From Octopus sinensis (lineage: Eukaryota), in assembly GCF_006345805.1 (NCBI RefSeq), contig NC_042997.1, positions 36,394,001-36,458,000 of the forward strand: DNA of 64,000 nucleotides, read 5' to 3'. Positions 53,601 to 64,000 of this stretch are shown piece after piece. The notes under the pieces were generated by a model. The model made no database searches and was not told the origin of the DNA. It saw nothing but the letters and a program-made list of their open reading frames with translations. The position numbers and the translations under genes were made by a program. The first letter of the stretch is position 1. Each line of letters opens with the position of its first letter.

Positions 53601-55238
53601 GGTTAATATAGGGCGTAACAAATATCAGAAAATCAAAAAAAAATGTGTGTAATAGGTGTAAAACAACTTCCTATGAACGAATATGAAAAAAAAAATTCGC
53701 GCACGCGAAAGGGGGGTGGGGGAGAGGCCTCGGAAAATTCACATCGGGAAGTTCCGAAAGCGTCTGAGGAGCTGACCCGGGCACCAAAACAAAAAAAAAA
53801 TAGTGTAATATGTGTAAAACAACTTGCTCTAAACGAATATGACAAAAAAAAATGCGATCTCGCGAAAGAGGGGTGGGGGAGAGGCCTCGGAATATTATAT
53901 CGGGAATTTCCGAAAGCGTCTGAACCGGGCACAAAAACAAAAACAAAAACAGCGTAATAGGTGTAAAACAACTTGCTCTAAACGACTATCATGAAAAAAA
54001 TGCGCGCTCGCGAAAGGGGTGTGGGGGAGAGGCTTCGGAAATTTCACATCTTCAGTCCACGGCCTTTAAACTAAGAAAAAATAGTGTAATTGGTGTAAAA
54101 CTACTTGGTCTAAACGAGTATCAAGAACACACACTCACACATGAATCATAAACTCCGTATTTCGCAAAAAAAAAAATAAAGAGAAGAAATTCTGGAAAAA
54201 GTGAAGAAATGTTGGATCTCATTCCTTGGTTAAAGCTATTTTAAACATTAAATTTATGCTTTTCTTTGAAATAGTTCAGATATGCAATTCTTTTCACTTA
54301 TTAAGATGCATTATCAGAAAAAAAGAGACAGAAAAAATTATTATTTTGTGTCAATCCTTCCCTAATTATCCTTTATTAATTAGTTGGCCTGTATTTTTTT
54401 CCCAAATTTATTTTTTCACCTTTACAACACTGTTTAGTAAAGCAATTAATTATCTTTATAATTTGCATATTTGACTTATTAATCAAAATTCTCTAGATGT
54501 AATATATACTAAGTAATGCATCCTTCATTTATGTGTTCCGTTCTGTATTATGCATGCGTGACTGTTTGTATGTAAGTGTGTTTAAATGTGCACATGAATG
54601 TGAATATTAAAGAACATATTATTTACTATGATTGTTATTTTCAGAACAAATAAATCTTTTGGCTGTTATGTTATTGATGTTATTATTATTGCTAGTTAAA
54701 GCGTGGTGACTTGGTGAATATTTTGAGTCTTGTAGTATGTAGTTGTGTTAGTCAATATTCTGAGTTCAAATCCAACTCATTTCTTTATCATCATTATCGA
54801 TGGTCCACTCAAAGAGGTATGTATACATTATCATTTTCGTAACATAATTTCTGTAGTATTTCAAGATGTTTCTGACACGTATTTGATTCACATGGCGGAG
54901 ATCCAACATTTCTTCACTTTTTCCAGAATTTCTTCTCTTTATTTATTTTTTTTGCGAAATACGGAGTTTATGATTCATGTGTGAGTGTGTGTTCTTGATA
55001 CTCGTTTAGAACAAGTAGTTTTACACATATTACACTATTTTTTTTTTGTTTTGGTGCCCGGGTCAGCCCCTCAGACGCTTTCGGAACTTCCCGATGTGAA
55101 TTTTCCGAGGCCTCTCCCCCACCCCCCCTTTCGCGTGCGCGAATTTTTTTTTTCATATTCGTTCATAGGAAGTTGTTTTACACCTATTACACACATTTTT
55201 TTTTGATTTTCTGATATTTGTTACGCCCTATATTAACC
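53601..55238. mobile_element. Non-autonomous foldback-type DNA transposon with an 8-bp TSD
   Basis: Termini GGTTAATATAGGGCG..CGCCCTATATTAACC; GAATAATT at 53593-53600 and 55239-55246; arms 53601-54220 and 54898-55238. The flanks rejoin into a plus-strand family B SINE. Confidence 0.9.
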
Positions 55239-56419
55239 GAATAATTACCAGGCTAAAACATGTACTAGGATCGATCTGTTCGGCTCAAACTCTTCAAATT
55301 GTTGCCCCTACGGGGCCGCAGTCCAACGGATTTCAAAAGCAAAATATAAAAGATAACTATAGCCAGTACTTCGATTCATCATGTAGTGGATCCTTCATTG
55401 TAGGTTTTTTTTAAATTTGAAACGCTTAACTCGGTGTATCTGTGCTGTCCGACGTAAATAAGCACCAGTCAAATATTAAATTCGATATTATTGATGTGAC
55501 ATCCTTTCTCAATATATGTGATGTTCAACCGTTATCGGAATATAGTTTTATTCCGTTCATTTTGTAGTATTTATTCCACACATATTTGTCATCTTTCGTT
55601 ATTAGTAGTACAATATTGCATAAATAGATATGCAGAATGAATCATTGAAGAAAAAATTATCTACATATAACATTTCACAAAAACGATGTTGTAAAACAAA
55701 TATTTTATGCTAGATTTTTCATTTAAACAAAAGTCTACGAATGATGCACAGCCTACTAAACATGACAATGATTTGGTGTCAGTGTCATTAGGATTTCCAA
55801 GGGAATTTCTCTTCACATATCTCACACTGATGCTTCGATTCATTAACATAAACATACTAATTGTTCCCGGGGGTATTATTGCCACACTGTTTTTTTTCTT
55901 TTTTTCTGAAGCTACTCATCAGCAAAATGATAACATTTCAAATGGATGCGTTTAGCTATTACTAAATAATAGAGGAAGAAAGAAAGAAAATCAGCGGTGA
56001 TCTACGTGAGCACAGATTATTTACAGAAGCATAAATATGTGGATATTTAGTTGAGTTTTGATATAAGAAGAGAATTCTAAATTTTCTGGCAGACCAATCG
56101 TCTCAGAAAGCTAGATTCAAAGATAGGAAAATTTCACCGCATATTTTAGCTTATTAAGTAATATGATAATCGTAGTGGCTCCACTTTGGCTCGGGAGATA
56201 TTAACTCGAGACCTGCTCATTGACTACATACAGTATTAACACGATTATAGTCTCATTAGACAGAATGTGTTGTATTTTAATTAGAGTTTATAAGTAGTGC
56301 TAGTATTAATTCTTGTCATATTTCTAATTGTTATACATCGTATTCTTAGTGCTGTTTAATGTTACTTACCACTAATAGAGAACTGATCTATAATCTACAT
56401 CATTCCATCCAAGATTTCT

Positions 56420-58250
56420 TAGTATTGTTCTTGGGTCCATAGTATAAAATTGTCTATGTTCTTGTAGTATTTAAGACCGAGCAGCACGTCTTTGGAACAA
56501 TAAGCAATGGGCAAGTTATCAGCACTTGAGGATTCCTTATTCCTCACATTTTCCAGCGATCAATCTAATGATTTAAAAATCTTCACTGAAACCACGTGAT
56601 ACATCACAATATAAACATTTGAGCACCGCTTACGAAACAATCGGTGGCAACAAGTAATGTCAGTTTGCAAGATCAAGTTGATCTGCGACATATTTTCAAT
56701 GACGTTACAACCAAGCCAAACGTTATTGTAGCAAAACCTATAAGTTCTTCCAAAGTTTAAAGAAAAATAACACTTCAAGAAAAACTGCTTACTGTATTTC
56801 CTAGTTTTAACCACTAATATATCCAGATCTATATCCAGATTTATTTTTCTGTTTAAAATTTCATACACGATTTTATGTGTGGAAATAATCAGGTGGATAT
56901 CGTTGTTTGTAAAATTATCATAATCTGTATCGATTTTTATCATCATAAACTAAACCATTGCTGTTTGTAAGATCATGGTGAGGGAGATTGCGTTTCTGGA
57001 TACCTGTATATTTGTGGGTAGGTTGTTGCTTCCGTCACCGTATGATTGTGGTTTCGATTTCTGAACCAGGTGATGTGTTGTGTACTTGAGAAAAACACTG
57101 TCACGTTACTCCAGTCCAATCAGCTGACAAAATGAGTAAACCAACGACGGACTGATATCCTGTCAAGGGGCAACATTTATACGCCACAGAATCCAGCAAT
57201 CATGAAAATCATTTGAAGATCATGTTAAGGCGACAGATATATTTTATTTATACTGAAGGCGTTTATTGTCGTACGGATACAACAAAAATACCTCTCATTA
57301 TTCTGAAAATACTAACCGTTACATTTTCATCTTCTTTGATAGATTCAATCTTGAAAATGTTTAAAGCGTGCATGCTTGTATTTTAAACGTCTTCGCTAGG
57401 TTTTATCACACTCATGTGTACTCAAAATGCTTCACATAAACAATTAAAATTTAGCAAATCATAAAAAAATTATAGCATTTGCCTATCGCTTCACAAATAA
57501 CCTCATAGATGATACTGACCCTTATATAGCTCCAAATAATGGGGTCAAGAAATAGCGTCCGAGGTCCCTCCCCTATGTTTAAAATATTCATGCCACAAGA
57601 GAAATGAAAGTGATCACCTCTGTACACTACTTCTGCTATAAGAGGATCTACTTCATTTATCTTAAAACTGGGTTTAAACTTTTAAAAATTTATGGCATTC
57701 TATTGTCTCTTGTTTAGGATTTGGTGCACACAGCAATTTATTGAAGTAGTAAATATATACGTAAACATTCCACGAAAGGAATAAGAATGTATTTTGTTAT
57801 ACACAAAACTGAAGCAACACTCAGCAAGTCTCAGAAACACCAGTGTAGCTGCAATTTTTTGTTAATTGATAATTTGAAGATTTTCTCTGCAATGAAACTA
57901 AATGGTTTTCTTCACCTTGGAAGATATTATTATTCGGATAATTTACTGACTTATATGAGGCAATACTAGAAATCAATACCATGTTACATAACTTTGTAGT
58001 AACAAAGCATTGAATAGAACAGCATAGCGACCGTCAACAACAACGAAACTGTTTTTAAATCATGTGCGCATAATATCAAGACTTCTTGAAGATGCTGATG
58101 AAACTGTGGATAAAAATCATTTGTAGTATATGGCTGTGACCTATATTCTACTCAATGTTTCTTGTTGACCATCCCATATCTAAGCTGAATTTCAAAGATA
58201 TAGTGCGTGCTTTCAAAGTATTCTGTGTTTGTTATAGAAAGTTGAATGAG
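56420..58250 (-). pseudogene. Decayed hAT transposase, interrupted by a SINE
   Basis: Minus: YYAHM/LLLTVA (CxxH region) near 58050; KLTLLVAT/RKRCS and NLPIAYCSKDVLLGLKYYKNIDNF (dimerization-domain-like) at 56420-56670. Confidence 0.4.
57010..57200 (+). mobile_element. tRNA-derived SINE, family C
   Basis: GTGGTTTCGATTTC..GTTGTGTACTTGAGAAAAACACT..CTCCAGTCCAATCAGCTG..GACGGACTG..CCTGTCAAGGGG. Confidence 0.65.
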
Positions 58251-59004
58251 ACCTTTGGACAAAAATTCGATATTATAATTCTGGACTGAAAACATACGTA
58301 TCTAGTAAACACACGGTTGCACACATAAGTAAATATATATGTATACATACATGTGCTTGTGTGTAGGTGTGTTACGAGTTAGTGGCCAAATGAAAGAAAG
58401 TGACGCTCAATATATTCAGTAAGATTTATACGCATTATTTAATAACAGCTGGACTACAAAACTTGAAGTTTCATAGGCTCGTAGAAGGAACCTAGATTGG
58501 CATGCATATAGCGATCAAGAAACAGTAAATGAGACAAATTCAAGTGACCTACTTGATGTTAGGCATCATTTGATCGAGTCATTGGTTTGGAAGCGACAGC
58601 TTTTCAGGTCCATGCAGTTGGACAGGATGTTAGCGTGCAATGACTGAGGTCTGCGGTATGGTATATTTAGCAATATAAGTCCATTGCAGTGTAAGACGTT
58701 GACATGCGATAGCGGAGGCCAAATAGAACAGTGGCAACATCATTTCTCAGGGAGAAGCCAGATTTGGTGACGGTAGATTATAATTTGCCGGAGCTAGGTT
58801 GGACTGTCACCATGGATGCGGGTGTAATGTATGCGACAGCCAGGGTTTAAGTCTTGTTTTCTTGTATATGGGGAATCTCAAAGTAAGGTGGTTTATTTGA
58901 ACTGTCGTTTATCTGAACTGTCAGACGCAAGTGGTTCAAAGTTTATGGACAAGGAACATTTCTGTGGAAACAATAAGACGTTTCGTTCCGCCCAATAGAT
59001 ACCC

Positions 59005-59325
59005 GTTCCGGTGACACGTAAAAAGCACCATCTGAACGTGGTCGATGCCATCCATCTCGCCCCGACTGGCTCCTGTTCCGGTGGCACATAAAAACCACCA
59101 TCCGAACGTGGCCGATGCCAGCGGCGACTGACTGACACCCGTGTCGGTGGCACGTAAAAGGCACCGTCCGAACGTGGTCGATGCCAGGCCCCTCTCCCCT
59201 TCTCGTTCCTGTGCCGATGACACATAAAAGGCACCCACTACAATCTAGGAGTGGTTGTCGTTAGGGAGGGCATCCAACTGTAGAAATACTGCCAGATCAG
59301 ATTGGAGCCTGGTGCGGCCTCCTGA
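59005..59325 (+). repeat. Array of 46-bp repeats with variable linkers, followed by a GGAGTGGTTGTCGTTAGGGAGGGCATCCAACTGTAG module
   Basis: Repeats start at 59005, 59075 and 59141, with a partial copy at 59211. The downstream module resembles RTE-associated SINE / 5'-UTR sequence (recalled, not searched). Confidence 0.8.
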
Positions 59326-61935
59326 GGAGTGTAAATAAAGTTCTCTTAGTGGTAGTTCGATGTTTTGCATAGAGTATTGTAGATGCTCCTCTCCATTATG
59401 AGCTGTTCATCCCTCGTGTGCGGATGGAGCGCTTTTGAAACATGAATACACATGAATTGAAAAATGAAACAAAATGGCACTGTACACATTTGATTAAAAT
59501 TACATGTATGATATAATAACAGTTTGACTCAGTTGCAATTTAATATTTTGTTGGCTTGCAAAATGAACTAATTGGCCAAGTATTAGTAGATCAAGTAACA
59601 ATAAATTAGACAAATTCAAGATGGTTTCGTGATGTTAGGCATGTATTAGTCAGCTAAGTTCACATGGTGTAATCGGTTTTCAAATGGTATTAGTCCTTAT
59701 TCTTTGTTCTGATGTCGACTTGGTCTGTCAGGGTGTAGGTCGATATGGTATACATACTTTCATAATGAATACACATACGCACACACAAACACGCACACAC
59801 ATACACACACATTTGCCCGTGTGGGTATACTTCATATGTAGCGTTCTAACAAACCAGACACGTATATTGGACACTCATCTTCTTAGAAAGCTGTAGTAAA
59901 TACATTGATGTACATAATATATGTATAGTCTAACAGCTGTCATGGGCTGGGACATGGAACTGAGCAGTAGAGGATGCAAGAGTAATAAAGCTTATAATCA
60001 TGAAATTTTAAAATATAGAAGCTCATTTCACACTTACATTTTCAAGTTGTTACTATGGTAATGTTAATACCGATTGTAGCAGTAAAAAACAAATCCGAAA
60101 ATAATGTTCACATGATAAAATAACGTAACTGATGGAAATTACTATCATATTTAAGTGTCGTTAAGTATTTCGTGAATGTTATATTAATGAACATTATAAT
60201 ATGTTGATACTGAAAAAATAAAGAGAAAATATTTCTATAATTTTAAAGTCTAGTGGAAGTTTATTAAAAAAGTGGTTTGAAATTGAACTAACACATAATA
60301 AAATGTCGGATATAATATGTTATTTAAAAATTAAAACATTAATTAATGCTGCTTAGTTTAACTATGTAGTGTAGTCTACGTTTGTAATTTATTTCCTATA
60401 CGTCTATTATTTTGAGATTATGGAGGAGAGTACATAGTGATGTAAAACAAGGGTGTATGTTACAGCAGTAAATAACAACGACAAGGTAAGAAGATAAACG
60501 GTGAAGAGATATGTCAGTTAATATTACCTTAAGGAAATACAATATGTGAGGATATTTAGATAATATACACGAATGATAAGAATATTATTGAGATAGAAAT
60601 AATGTAGATATTTGTTCCTTCTTCCTATGGTAAATTTGATGCTTGAAAAAGTTGTTGAAAAATATATAAAAACTAAAAGATAAAACAACTCTATGGTGGA
60701 GAAATTAAGACTAAATAAATATGTTGTAAGGCGAGAAGGTGAAGTGGATAACTGTTCAAGAAACAATGTTAAAGGTTAAAAATCGAAAAAAAACCCCCAG
60801 AAAATAATCTAAGAGATAATAGTTATAGGTAAGGTAAAATAGGCTAGAAAGTCACTTCGTATAAGTTGTTTGTTATATACGTTGAATAGTGTGGGTATTG
60901 TGTGGCTTGGGTGTTGGGATAATTATGAAGGTGGAAATGAATAAAACAACAAATTATGAGGAAAGGGGCGGATAGAAATGAAGAGGTGTAGAATACAAAA
61001 GGAAGAAAGAAGAATATAAGGAAGAATGAAGAAAGAAGAGAGACAGAAAAGTTTTACGATAAAGATGATATGAGCGTATGGAGAAGAATTCTGTGAGTAC
61101 TATATTTCGAAACTAGGTAAGGATGGCAGTTGACATACGGGGTTATAGGAGAAAATCGAAAGAATTTGAAAAAAAAAGTACTATTATATAAATTGGAAAA
61201 TTTGAGAGTTAATATAAAAATAAATTAGAAAATTTTTGCTGGAAAAATGGGAGACAGGAAAAAGTAAAGATTCTGAAAATAACAAAGTTATAAAAGTAGA
61301 GTGATCGATGGCACAGATTACAGAGTTAAAGTGGCTGTAATAGGTAAAAGAATAAGCTAGAGATAAGCTAAAATATCATTTTAAAGATGTGAAATAATTA
61401 ATAATTCTATAAAATATAACTTTGTGCGAAAAATATTTATTAAGAAGATAATAATAATAGTTATAAGCAAGTAGGATGAGTTCTGTTCTTTTGTGATGGC
61501 GGCGGTAGTGATTGTAGGTTTTAGAATGGATATGAGAAAATAAGATAAAGTATACTTATGAGATGCATGAAGTGTTATAAGAGACAGGGAATGGACTTGA
61601 AGTATGCATACAGTTTTAAATATCATGAGCGTATGTAAACAACGACATCGAATGTTTGTTTAAGGGGGTTTTCTAAGCTACAAGCAAATGAAAGAATTTT
61701 CTGTGAAATCTACCAGTATTTCTATCTCCAATGTAGTGTTAGGCTCTATTTAAAATCTCTTAGTTTCGGCTTCTTGGTGTATACTTGATTTTCAGTCGAA
61801 AATATGGCCTCGGATAGTAGTAGTTTTTTCTAATGCTCAAAACGAAGCCTGTACCGGATTTATCTTGCCGTGGAGTTGATAATGTGTAAGATAGATTTGA
61901 TTAGTCTACTTGGCAATAAATATTTACACGTATAA

Positions 61936-62165
61936 AGCGACGAGCTGGCAGAATCGCTAGCACGCTGGGCGAAATGCTTTGCAGCATTTCGTCTGCCGTT
62001 ATGTTCTGAGTTCAAATTCCGCCGAGGTCGACTTTACCTTTCATCTTTCGGGGTCGATTAAATAAGTACCATTTACTCACTGGGGTCGATATAATCGAGT
62101 TAATCCGTTTATCGGTCTTTGTTTGTCCCCTTTATGTTTAGCCCCTTTGGGTAGTAAAGAAAAAG
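61936..62165 (+). mobile_element. Family A SINE
   Basis: GCGACGAGCTGGCAGAATCGCTAGCACGCTGGGCGAAATGCTTTGC..GAGTTCAAATTCCGCCGAGGTCGAC. Confidence 0.9.
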
Positions 62166-62321
62166 GATTCCGTCTGTCTTTACGTACTGAGTTCAAATTC
62201 TGGTCCACAAATTAAGTGCCAGTTGAATACCGGGGTTGATCTAATAAACTGGTCCCTTCCCCCAAAATTTCGGGCCTCGTACCTAGATCAGAAAATAATA
62301 TATATTTACATGTATAACGTG

Positions 62322-62523
62322 TAGTAGTGGTATAGAAACGTTGGCACGCTGGGAACATGGTTACCGGCATTTCGTCTACGTTCTGAGTTAAAATTCCATC
62401 AAGGTTGACATTGCCTTTCATACATTCGGTGTCGATTAAATAATTACACATTGATCACTGAGAATCGATGTAATCGACTCCCTCCACCGTAATTTCTGGC
62501 CTTATGCCAAAATTTGAAACCAA
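62322..62523 (+). mobile_element. Family A SINE (degenerate)
   Basis: GAAACGTTGGCACGCTGGG..GTTCTGAGTTAAAATTCC..GGTGTCGATTAAATAA. Confidence 0.65.
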
Positions 62524-63706
62524 TATACATTTACGTGTATATTACAACAACGAATACATGATTTATTAGTAAACCTATAGGACACCTGCAAATAAACCAG
62601 TGATTTTGTTTTGAATTCTACACCGCCACGTAGACGAAACGCAACCATGAAATGATATAAGTGGAAATTCGATAGTATATATAATGTCTGCTATAGATCC
62701 AATGGCGCTTAAGTAGAGCTAACTCACTAGCTAATTTTTAAAATATATATCTTCATATAGTATCTACAACACGGATTTAAAATAAACGTATCGTGTTATA
62801 TTCCTAAAAGAGTACCCAGAACATAAAAATGTAGTACTATCTCTTGAAGTTTATTAATATCATATTCATCATAGAGAAACGATCAGGTGTGCAGTAGAAA
62901 ATTGATCACTCTCTGATACCAGTATATTTTCCAACATGAAAAAGTTGCTTCCCTCAGCTCAAACAGCCAATCAACTTTGATTAGATATAAAATTTGCAAA
63001 GAATATATATAAATTCAGATATGGAATGACGTCACCAAGTGCGTGATCTCATCATGGCTGGAAATACAGGAAAATTATTACAGATAGTCTACCAAACAGA
63101 AGTGCAGTAGTGCAAGGGTGAGTTTCGACGAGAATCATTGATTCTGAATCGTAAAATCAGTTGTGTTTCCAGCCAATTTCACAAACTCCACTGCTGAAAG
63201 AAGCCATAGTACAATCTCATATGATATACTAAATGTCGATTGTAACTAAATACTATATAAAGTGAGCTGAAGAAAATATGAAATTTAATGATTCTAAATT
63301 TCATATGTATCGCTTTCAATTAACGAGTTCATCGCAGCCATGGATACATAGATTCGGGAGAAAATATAATCAGAAATTCAAAATCAATGTTTGACGAAGA
63401 GGTCAATGTGTGTAATGAGACATTTTCCATGGATATATTATTAAATCCAGAACAATGGGCAGGTGACCGGAGGGATGTTTCGTAGATCGTCCCGAACGAC
63501 TAAAAGTTATGTCACGTTTTATTTCCTTCGTCTCATTTTCAAAAATATGTTCCTTAGTTGTGGTCGTCATGTTCTATCTATCTCACTAGAGAACTTGAAG
63601 AAATCCGACGCTGCCTTAGGGAGAAAGTTATTCCAATACAATGGAAGAAGAATGGGAAAAGCTTCAACGCAAACAGGCGAAATATGAAATTATCTATCTA
63701 TCTATA

Positions 63707-63758
<52 letters not shown>

Positions 63759-64000
63759 CATACATACAAACATACATACTTACATTATATATATATATAT
63801 TATGTACGTATGTATGTATGTATGTATGTATGTATGTATGGTAAAGGTGGCATATTCGCATTTTATAACCGAAAGGCAGAAATATAGACGTCATTGAAGT
63901 GACTAAGAGTAATAGACTGCACCGGTACTGCTAGAAATAAGAGTCAAAACAACTCATATCCATAGAAAGCGCTTATCATTATGATTGACAAGGAGGGCAA

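Noticed and set aside
58540-58850. Minus-strand peptides resembling mariner YSPDL motifs
   Set aside because: Two mutually inconsistent weak matches and no TIR.
59005-59235. A true CRISPR array
   Set aside because: Eukaryotic context, no cas genes or leader, degenerate repeats and partly similar spacers; kept only as a CRISPR-like finding.
60430-61750. Purine-skewed region possibly an ancient Penelope RT on the minus strand
   Set aside because: Composition is suggestive but no RT motif could be read reliably.
63105-63160. Hairpin GAGAATCA-T-TGATTCTG next to TTTCGAC, a possible hammerhead relic on the minus strand
   Set aside because: The CUGANGA strand and stem I are not recoverable.
63463-63687. 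Non-repetitive-looking short ORFs (e.g. [18 protein letters not shown])
   Set aside because: No recognisable homology or splice structure; could not be supported as an exon.

Overview
AT-rich, repeat-saturated animal genomic DNA. The SINE families and extreme microsatellite load resemble octopus (coleoid cephalopod); this is an inference from recalled repeat families, not a database result. I found no supportable host protein-coding gene, rRNA, true tRNA or CRISPR-Cas locus. Most listed ORFs are artefacts of TA/CA/ATT/GGT/GAA repeats. The window is a transposon graveyard. It holds one full-length DD34D mariner (42318-43608), a 3' CR1/L2-type LINE fragment with an open frame, an RTE LINE remnant, three R4/Dong-type LINE remnants, several decayed hAT transposases, two non-autonomous Helitrons and many tRNA-derived SINEs. 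The most notable structures are: (i) a near-canonical type I hammerhead ribozyme fold (16294-16355, minus) inside a small element with interleaved inverted repeats; (ii) five more minimal hammerhead-like motifs in Penelope-type termini; (iii) a young 1638-bp foldback element (53601-55238) with an 8-bp TSD and asymmetric arms of tandem subrepeats, inserted into a SINE; (iv) a repeat-spacer-like array at 59005-59235; (v) elements that sit specifically in (ATT/TAA)n tracts. All alignments and translations were done by eye.
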